Assembly (NCBI GenBank): GCA_000320545.1
Contig: ADNK01000414.1
Span: forward strand, 12,052 to 76,051
DNA: 64,000 nt
Direction: 5' to 3'
Origin: Bigelowiella natans CCMP2755
Taxonomy: Eukaryota > Protista > Cercozoa
The notes beneath the pieces were generated by a model, which saw only the letters and a program-made list of their open reading frames with translations, made no database searches and was not told the origin of the DNA. Position 1 is the first letter of the stretch. Every line of letters starts with the position of its first letter. Of this stretch, positions 55,091 to 64,000 are shown piece by piece. The translations under genes were made by a program, and so were the position numbers.

Positions 55091-56100
55091 CTACTACTAC
55101 TATCTTAGATCTAGAGATCTGGAGAACAACAATGCCTAGTCTCTAGATACAGATACGTCAGACGTACGCTGAGGCAAAGTGAGTCCTGTTTTAGCACATC
55201 TCTAGATCTAGAGATCTATACTAGTACACATCACTATCTACCCTGTACTTTGGCATGCTAGCATGTGACGTACATAGTACAGCCTAGACAACATGCTAGC
55301 ACGCGCTTTGTTAGTTTAACAAGAACACCAGTAGGCTATCTTTGCTATACCTAGATATTATAGCTAGCTAGTACTAGAGCATAGCAGTGAAGTAGGTCTA
55401 GACTAGTAGAGGTGCGCTGTATATATAGCTAGATAGCTGGCAGGCTAGCAGGCTAGCAGGGCTAGCTAGCCAGCGATGGTACTTACTATGGCTTATATAT
55501 CATACGTACGCTAGATACGGCGAATTGTTGCTCGCACTTGCTCATCACTGGATCATCTTAATATTTAATATGCGTATGCGTTCATGTCTCTAGCTAGCTA
55601 GAGCTAGTGGAGAGCTGTTCAGCTGTTCTAGTCTAGTACGTAGTGTGTGCATGGCTAGATTAGCTAGTTAGCCAGATGGTTAGACAGCTAACAAATCAGA
55701 GCCGGTCTTGATGCAATGCAAAGCTGAACGCTGAACGTAACATCTCGTTACTGCTGCAACTTTGCACAGCTAGATAGCTAGAAAGCTAGCATGACCTGCA
55801 TTATAGTCTATAGCAGTTACCAGTACTACGTACAGCAGGCGTGCAAGCTAGCTATATAGCGTGATGTGGCATGTATTACTTTTGCAGCACAGTTTTATAT
55901 TTCATTGCAGATACAGACGCGCGATTGCGTGAATAAAGCGTTAAGTACAACCTGCCTGTGTAACATAGCATATGCTTACTAACCAATAAAATAAAATTGA
56001 AATGGCAGCACGACCGTGCATTACCAGCTATGCTAAATCGACTATTGTACTAAGTACTGACTCCGTGCTATCTGCTTACTTCTCAGTTCTGGCATTAATT
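54900..56100. other. Palindrome-rich tract 5 in the convergent gap MPDU1 / kinesin
   Basis: 18-bp perfect palindrome ATCTCTAGATCTAGAGAT at 55198-55215; TGCACTAGTGCA at 55019-55030; CATGCTAGCATG at 55254-55265; (CTAG)3 at 55590; 12 TA steps in the 60 bp from 55321. Confidence 0.88.
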
Positions 56101-56114
56101 AAAATCCCGGAATC

Positions 56115-58046
56115 TCAAACGCACTTAACTCTTTTCAAGTACTCTGCGAATCGTAAAGTACAAATAGACTCACCAGCGGAGGCTGCTTCAGGAGATATGT
56201 TCACCAAGAAAGCGGTTTTGCCTGCGAAAAGGGAAGTCATGGCTTAGATGGATTTATTACGGCAAAAATGTGGCGGTGCAACACACGCGCACACGCACAC
56301 ACGTACACACCTGATCCCGCAAGAGCAGAATGAAGAAGGTAGGTCAGCTTAGAGTTTCGATAAGGTACGTGAGCGTTATTCTCTGCCAAGGCTTTTACGC
56401 ATGTTCCTGGGCAAAATAATCCTCAACATTAGCACACTACCACACCATCACACGCAACGAACAGCTCTCTTTTGAACTCGACATGCCCAACGGAATTGGT
56501 TACCTAGTGAAGAAAGCGAGGAATTGATGTTTTTTGCTTCTTCAAATCGGTCTCCCTTGCAGTTTGACTTGCTGACACGCTCTGACCCCGCCAGATCCAC
56601 CAACGACAAAACGGAGCTCACCTATGATATTAACCAAGGGAGAGAGAGAGAGAGAGAATGAGGATACTTAATCGTGGTAAGTGGCCACACACACGGCAGA
56701 ATGATCGGCAAGTGTACAGGCAATAATACTCCCCCTACCGTTTGTTTGCTCAGCTTATTTCGTCCTTCGATATGAAGCCGGAAAAGCGTGTGGGATCTTG
56801 AGGAATTAGAATTCATATCCGTGGACTCGCGCGTGGCTTGTTCTGCAGCCTGATATTACCATCATCATCATCATCATCATCATCATCATTATTATTGTGG
56901 TTGTTATTAGTAGAAAATAAGCGGTTAAGGATCCATAATCGTCTATCTCCGTCAGCTAGGTAAGCTGCAGAGCAAACATGGTCGCTGGCAAATACTAAGG
57001 AGGGGGGAAGGGGGAAGGAACCTGCCGAGTAAGAGCATGTAGCTGCCTGGGGTCATTCGCATCAACCTTCCTCTGAGTGAGGTTTGTAACATGCACTTTC
57101 CCAGTCTTATCGGTCTTAATCTCATGGCTACCCGACTGCCCACGCTGAGAAGAGACGATATATTCAGATTATTGGACAATCCAAAGATCCATTCAGAGAA
57201 CATGCATGTGGCACCGTCGCGACACTTATTATCAACGCCATTCCAACAGATTTATGAGCATAGTCATGGGAGTGTTGGTAGCGATAACGCTGGTAATGCT
57301 GCTCTCCGATACGTTTACAAATTGATTGTTGTTTCGAATAATAATAATAATAATAATAATGAAAATGATAATAATATCCACTTTGATAGGAAGGTACTAT
57401 ATTCTCGTGCCATCATCGCCAGTTACAGACATGTTGATACTGCATCCTCCTCCTCCTATTCCCCGAACAACTAACAGCATCAACTGCTACTATTGCTGCT
57501 ACAACTACTACTGTTTTCTACAAGTAGTACTGCGCTGCTACTACTACTACTACTACCTTGGCAAGCAAATCGCGAATACTTTCATTATAAATTTCAAGGA
57601 TAGACACAGACAGAGTGTACACCTTTTACCGGAGCAACGAATTAATGAATAATCATGATAAGCAGGATGATGGTACGTGAGGATCAAGGATATCTAGGCA
57701 CACGAGAGCGGAGAAGCTTATGACACGACAGTGACGTTGTCAAGCTACCAACACTAGCACCTATCGATGAATCATCCACCAAAAAGTTTCTTTGGGACAA
57801 AACTAACTAGAAAGAGGGCAGACCCATTGCTTGGAGTTGGCTTCTTTGATGATCTCAAAGATCTGCTCGACAGAACGAGGGACTACTCCACGATCTTCAT
57901 TATCGTATCACAACAAAGAAAGAGGCACATTCAAGATTTGCAAACTTGTTCTCGGATGCTACGACAAGTCTCCTATGCTCGTTGGAAATAAAGAAAACAT
58001 CAACGCTCCTCCTCCAAACGACCAGCCCCGCCCGCCCCCTCTCAAC

Positions 58047-58088
<42 letters not shown>

Positions 58089-58844
58089 AATATATTAAAT
58101 CCATTGCACTTGAGAATTAACTTCTCTAACTCTTCTTACTATTCTCCGAAAGAAAAAATTAATAAATCTATGATTACTATGAGTATGGGGATACCTTCTT
58201 CATTTTGTCGGCCAAACATCGTATAGGTTTTCCCAGATCCTGTCTGCCCATAGGCAAAGATAGTAACATCGTAGCCATCCATGCACGATGTTATCAATGG
58301 ATTGACGTCCCTGAGCAGGAAATAAGGAGTGAGTAAGTAATCTGTTAAATAATGTAAAGGAATTGTCCAGACAAAGAGGAAGTAGCATCGAATCATGAAA
58401 GAGAACTGCAAACGGTGAAGAATTTTGTCTCTCGACAGTGATGATGGAGTTCAGTATTTCTAATCGTCACACGAACGTGGAGGGTAACAACTCTTCGGCG
58501 GGGAAAATCACATTGACAACAATTACAACACTAATGAATAATATGTCATATCTCTGGCGTATTCTTCTTCTCACTCGAACACGTCCGCTTGTGTAGCGTG
58601 ACTCGCGAAGACCCCGTCAAATGTAAATCTTGTTCTCTTGATCCTGACATGAATCATCACAGGGAAGAAGATTAATGAAACCAAAAAAGGAAGCGACGGG
58701 GAGTCTGGCAAACTAGCCGATGCATGACATTGACACTTCTCGGTTAAAACGTAATAAAATCAATCTTTCGAACCCTGCTTGTTCTTTGCAGGATGGAGGG
58801 TATAGTATAATAAGGGAATTCATTGGAGAGTTTATTCGTCCGTT

Positions 58845-58877
<33 letters not shown>

Positions 58878-59398
58878 TTCTCACCTTGTGTTGCCCGTGA
58901 CATTGCTTCCTTGCTGAACAACTTCCAACACACCGGCACCGTCCTCTAGGCTGCAGTTGTAGTCACACGGGAAAGAGCCGTCCCTTTCAAGCTGTTCCTT
59001 GGGGGGGCGGATACGGCAAAAGACCCGCACTCGACCCAGGAGGTCCTGGACGCGATTGTGGAGCTTCTTTCGGATCATTTCTTCCTGGCGTCTTGCCTCA
59101 CTCAATTCAATTATCCTGCTTTCGAGTTTCTAACACATGCGTACAACACGCAACGTCAGATGTATTGATATGCATGACGCATATGATATCATCACCATCA
59201 TCATTATCATCATCATCATCTTTATTATTTCTTGCAAGTACCGCTATCATCTCGTCCTTGCGTCGGGCATCGTCCTCAAACCCTTTGACTTTGCGACCCA
59301 GGTCATCGATCTCTCCCTGTGACTCAGACTTGATATCCTGGATTGCAGAACTCAGCTTCTTTTCTTGCTTCTCCGCCATCTGTTGAGAAATATATAAC

Positions 59399-59443
<45 letters not shown>

Positions 59444-62117
59444 TACATACATTTATATATTATTTAATATTCACGAGGTCATCATCATCATAATTTTGCA
59501 AAAGATCCAGAGTTCACGCATTACAAGCTGCTCACCTGAAGTTTCTTTGCTAGGACCTTCTCAGCCGCGACAGATTTGGCGAGCTTAGACGTTAAATCCT
59601 CCACGTCTCTTTTCAGGTTCTCCATTGCAAACTCCAACTCCTTCCGCTCTATTACCATAGGATAGATGAATAGTGTGTGTATTGATAAGATACGTGAAAG
59701 TTTTGTCTGCACCGATTAAAAACGACAACGGCCGATATATCAACATTTATGTCTATTCTTTGTCGCAGTAGAAAATAGTTAAGAGTGCTGGTACTACTAC
59801 CGAAGCTGTACTCTTCAGATGTCTTTTGCAGGTCTTTCAGTTGACTTTGAAGCCTTTTGTTTTCTATTTCCAGCGCCATATTATTTCTATTATTACTACT
59901 ACTATCATCACTCTGGGTTGGCGACTCGAGGTTGTTGAGGCTGCTGCTACTGCTTCCACTTGAGTTGTTAGCTTGCAAGTCTAGCAATTTCTGGCGGGTT
60001 TTCTTCAGCTCATTCTGAAGATTTCGTGTTTGAGCGCTCAGCAACTCCCTAAATGCCGACAGAAAAGTAGAGGGGGGGAACCCTTAGTGTCAATTGTCGC
60101 TTTACGATTGCGATGCGGACATTATGGATTATGATACTCACCGCTGCATTTTGGTGGCTGTTAGCTTGTGAACGAGAGATTTAATGTTGAGCGACTCCTG
60201 GCTGCTTTGCGCTGATGCACTCTGCGTGGAGGCGAGAAAGGAGAAAAAGGAATGGTATTGGTGTGTAAATGAAGGGGACGCGAGAAAGAAATATTCAAGT
60301 ATTTTTGGAGAATTGACTTATTGAAAGACGACAAGACTACTAAAACATACACACGCTCGCGTACGCAAACACTAATATTGCTCCTACCAAATACAATCTC
60401 TGGGAAACAAAAACAACAACAATAACAACAACGATAACACACTCCTCCTCCTCCTATTCATCCTGCCCCTCATCATTACCCGGTTGAAGCGTTTGCACAC
60501 CTCCGACGGCGAGCTCATGATCGGCACAGGCCTGATTTGCTCGACGAGAATACGAGCAGCAGGTGTGCTTGGAACGTCCATCGCTGTGGGGGTGGATTTG
60601 CTACGTTGCTTACGTCGAACCGCCTTGGGAGTCTCAAAGATTACCTAGAAGCAATAATGATCAGTCATGTTCGTGAATAATGCCACCGGGGAAAGGAGAT
60701 GCGGGTTATGGAACGGATTTCGAAAGCCAAGAATGTTTATTCATTCTTCGCATGCTACCGTCTCGTCCTGTGACTTCGGTGGAGCAGATTGAGCGAGAGA
60801 AGGGAGAATGTCTGGGCTATCTCCAGGACTCTTCTTCCTGTCCTTGCAGATATTTTCTTCATCTTCAATGAGTTCCATATTAGTAGTGGAAGAAGCATTG
60901 CTCGCTGGAGAAATCTGCTCTGTAGCCTTATCCTCTTCCTAAAGATTTAATAGGAAGCGTTATACACAAATAATATTTACTAGTTTCCAAGATATCTGCT
61001 CACCATCTCTTTGCTCAAGCTGCTTTTCGTGCTTATCGTAGCCCCGCTCTCAAATGTTCCAGATGATTTTAATGTTTTTCTAAGAATTGGTGTTTTGTCT
61101 TCACTTGAGACTACAGCTACGGCGGTGCTACGATTATTATCCGAGCTCCTGCAATTAAATTAAATGCATTGACAAAATCAAAACCACATTACTTGGGGTA
61201 GCATAAGATCAAGTTACTCATCTTTCTCTTATTTTGCTCTTCTGAGATCTACTACTACTTGGTTCTTGTTGCTTCTCCAATAGTTGACAATTCTGATTTT
61301 CGACGATTCCGAGGTCTCGTTGTTCCTGCTTGTCTTTTACTCTATGGTGAAAAAGTAATATTCTTTTAAGCAAAAGCATAAAATAAAGCTTGGAGAATTT
61401 TTACCTTTCTCTTACGCAGTGCAACCTTTGAGGATAGCTCGGCCTTAGGAGCACTATTTTCCTTTTCTTGTTTCTTTGCTTTCCTCATCTTCCATTTTTG
61501 AAGCTGATTTGGAGGAGGAATAACTTAGAACTCAAAGTTTCATGCAGTGTGTGCGTGCAAACGAAGATAGTGGTACCTCTTCAGCCCTTTTAGAAGATTT
61601 AAACGTAATATCAGATCGACGTCGTTGCTTCAGAGGCATAGAAGAGGAATCGCTGCCTTTAGCTTTGTTCCGCCTTCATAGCATATAAATATCAACTCGA
61701 TTTATTCTAGAGAGAATGCATTGTGATACACATATTTCGCGGTGTTAAGCCGAAGCATCAATTGGAGGGGATAAGGAAATATTAACCGATTCTACCTTCG
61801 TAGGTTGTAACGTCCCGATCCAGATTTCTCATTTTTACTGCAGCATACAAGAACAAATATCAATACCTGGCCTCTGTCTACTTCACCTTACGTCAAGTCA
61901 ACCTTAAACTAGAGTTTGTCGAGGCTAATTGTACGTTTGGGTTCTGGTTCTCCGTGCAGTTTTGGCTATTATTCTCATTGACTTCGTCCTTGCTCAGAAA
62001 ATATGTGATCACAGATCCCTTCCCGGGCCTCAAGAAGACAGGCGAAGACGAGGATCTTTTCGAAGATGGGGGTGAAGTCATGGACAGCCTAGAACGTCGT
62101 CGTCTCTGCTTCTTCAT
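56115..62117 (-). CDS. Kinesin-14 (C-terminal motor, KAR3/Ncd/KIFC1-like), many exons; start provisional
   Basis: Basic Ser-rich N-terminus, coiled coil, neck [24 protein letters not shown]-loop [26 protein letters not shown], switch I NSNSSRSH, switch [24 protein letters not shown], ending [11 protein letters not shown]. Confidence 0.93.
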
Positions 62118-62642
62118 CCTGGGTTCGGCGGCGTCGAAGGACGGAGCACACTTCTTGCTTGGTGTTATGACCGTTAGGAGAACCAAGCTTCACACAGGAG
62201 ATTTCCACGAGATTATGTCGGCCTCGAAATCGAGGCCAAATAACGAAGAAATACAAGATAGGTACAGGGATATCATGAAGAAACCGCCGTGCTTTATGGA
62301 TGTGCTGTCGCGGATGAAAGTCTCTCGGCGCTCTCGAGAGAGTCCTCCATAGCACGTACCCTCCTCTTTCCCACCCGGCCGAGTGGGTCTCTTGATCCGG
62401 AACTTGAGTTCAAAGGAGTTTCTAAGAGGCAGGGTTGGCACGAATTTAGAGTGTTCACCGCCATAGAACTACGATAAAGCTAGACTGACCTCAAGGCTGA
62501 GTGGTAATGCGGAATAATTTGCCTTTCCTCCTCCGGTTTTCCATGGAGTACTCCCTAAAATGGTGCCCACGCCTTTTTCGCAAAGCACTTCCAAGTTGAT
62601 AATGTTACCCTTTCTATTTCTCACGAATATTTCTGCAGGAAA

Positions 62643-63605
62643 ATGTCTGGGAGTTCCTCCGCCGGTGGAGGGAAACCTGGACATAGAGATGGGCGTTCGG
62701 GTGAGTTTGGCAGCAGCAGCAGCAAAGCGCACCCACCCTTCACACCTCCAAGCGAACAGCAATCTTCACAGTCCACACCTGCACGAGGCAACTCAAGACG
62801 CTCGAGCCTTTGGATCAATAAAAATACTACCCCAGTATACAGTGCTTATTATCTCATTTTTGAAACTGTTTTCCCACAAAGGAATGATGTGTTAGGCTAG
62901 TAATGAATACCCTTTCATTTTTGTATCCGAGTATAGATGAATGTCTGGTAAATATATTTGTACAAATTACATGCATACGTATATACACGCATATGAAAAT
63001 ATTCCAACTTCCAATCATTTTACGAATACCCACAGGGAAAGGACGAAGATGATGGATGGATCCGCTATTTTGACGATCGAAGTGGCCTTTTTTACTATGC
63101 AAAAGTATTAATTGGATGGTGGAGATTCAGTGGAAAATTTTTTAACTTTTGTGATACTTGTTTCTATATCTACTTCTTCCCAGGTTCGGTGGGAGAAGCC
63201 CGAAGAAGATTGGGTAAATACGCACATACACTCACACACTCGCTTTCTCTCAGAGATACATTGAGAGCGAGAGAATCAAATGACTGTATTTTCTTAGAAT
63301 CAGCACCCAGCCTCCTTCGTGAAAGTATACGATACATATTAACGATAAAATTATAAACACTAGAATAGACCTTGTATTTACTTTTATAATGTTGCATTTT
63401 GCACCAACGTGTGAAGAAGCCCAATATGCAGTGTCAATTGCTCATTATGCATATTGCACGCTAGGTTGATCATAAAGACGTTCCGAGAGAAGAGAATCTT
63501 GCTATTGGCACGCCTGTGTTTGGTGCTGATAGCCAACCGATGCAACGGTTGCAGGTCCTCCTCATCCTCGTAGAATGCTGGCAGAAATAGCGACCTAGAT
63601 TGAGT

Positions 63606-63645
<40 letters not shown>

Positions 63646-63863
63646 TGTGTGTGTGTGCTTCTATCTGTCTATGTGTGTTTATGCCCATACTCTCCTTTGT
63701 TTTTGACGTGTGTTTGTGTGTGTGTGTGTGTGTGTAGAGCGGAAGTGGTAGCAAGACTTGTACGCCATTAAGTTGTCGGTGCATGTTGATTGGAGTGGTT
63801 GCTGTGGTTGTCGTGGGGATGCTGCTTTTCAACACGTTGGCACTCAATACTATTGTATACAAG
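62643..63863 (+). CDS. WW-like domain + single TM helix protein, runs off the window end
   Basis: Phase-0 exon chain MSGSSSAGG...NTTP^GKDEDDGWIRYFDDRSGLFYYAK^VRWEKPEEDW^NQHPASFVK^VDHKDVP...QRLQ^SGSGSKTC..MLIGVVAVVVVGMLLFNTLAL..YK^gtaaaat. Confidence 0.55.
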
Positions 63864-63940
63864 GTAAAATTCGAATTGTTGATGTAAGAAGAGATACTTT
63901 GATTTGAAAAGTTGCTCCTATCTACATGTTGAAGTGATGG

Positions 63941-63984
<44 letters not shown>

Positions 63985-64000
63985 CATATATGTTACATCT

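Noticed and set aside
3450-56100. Palindromic tracts read as CRISPR arrays, tRNA clusters or restriction-site linkers (vector contamination)
   Set aside because: No constant repeat-spacer period, no cloverleaf or A/B boxes, and no ordered polylinker; the tracts grade into native 3' regions at five separate loci.
437-60581. Many short ORFs with poly-M/I/Y, ERER, CVCV or THTH runs
   Set aside because: Translations of intronic or off-frame microsatellites.
63170-63862. Minus-strand ORFs at the window end as a separate gene
   Set aside because: The plus-strand phase-0 exon chain with WW-like and TM segments explains the region better.

Overview
Gene-dense, intron-rich, microsatellite-rich eukaryotic nuclear DNA. 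Plastid-type enzymes with signal-peptide + transit-peptide leaders point to an alga with a secondary plastid; a chlorarachniophyte (Bigelowiella-like) is my best guess, by inference. Splicing GT-AG exons by hand gives 11 protein-coding genes in strictly alternating orientation: plastid-type ABC-F (+, 5' truncated), a type II membrane/coiled-coil protein (-), plastid dihydrolipoamide dehydrogenase (+), plastid-type CDP-DAG synthase (-), an OFCC1/ojoplano-like membrane protein (+), COMMD7 (-), a TRPML/mucolipin channel (+), a ~21 kb giant Ig-like (ASH/MSP-type) repeat protein gene (-), MPDU1 (+), kinesin-14 (-), and a WW+TM protein (+, 3' truncated). The main unexplained structure: every convergent (tail-to-tail) gap carries a 0.3-1.2 kb tract built from short palindromes (CTAG, CATG, TGCA, AGCT, GTAC). 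The 12-mer CATGCTAGCATG occurs five times in four of the five tracts. No divergent gap has such a tract. Other oddities: a 100-codon in-frame extension behind the leaky-type TGA-CTG stop of the LPD gene, a TpA-depleted/TGCA-rich degenerate segment, and a 48-bp duplication of a COMMD7 splice acceptor. Exon boundaries and counts were done by eye; several start and stop positions are provisional.
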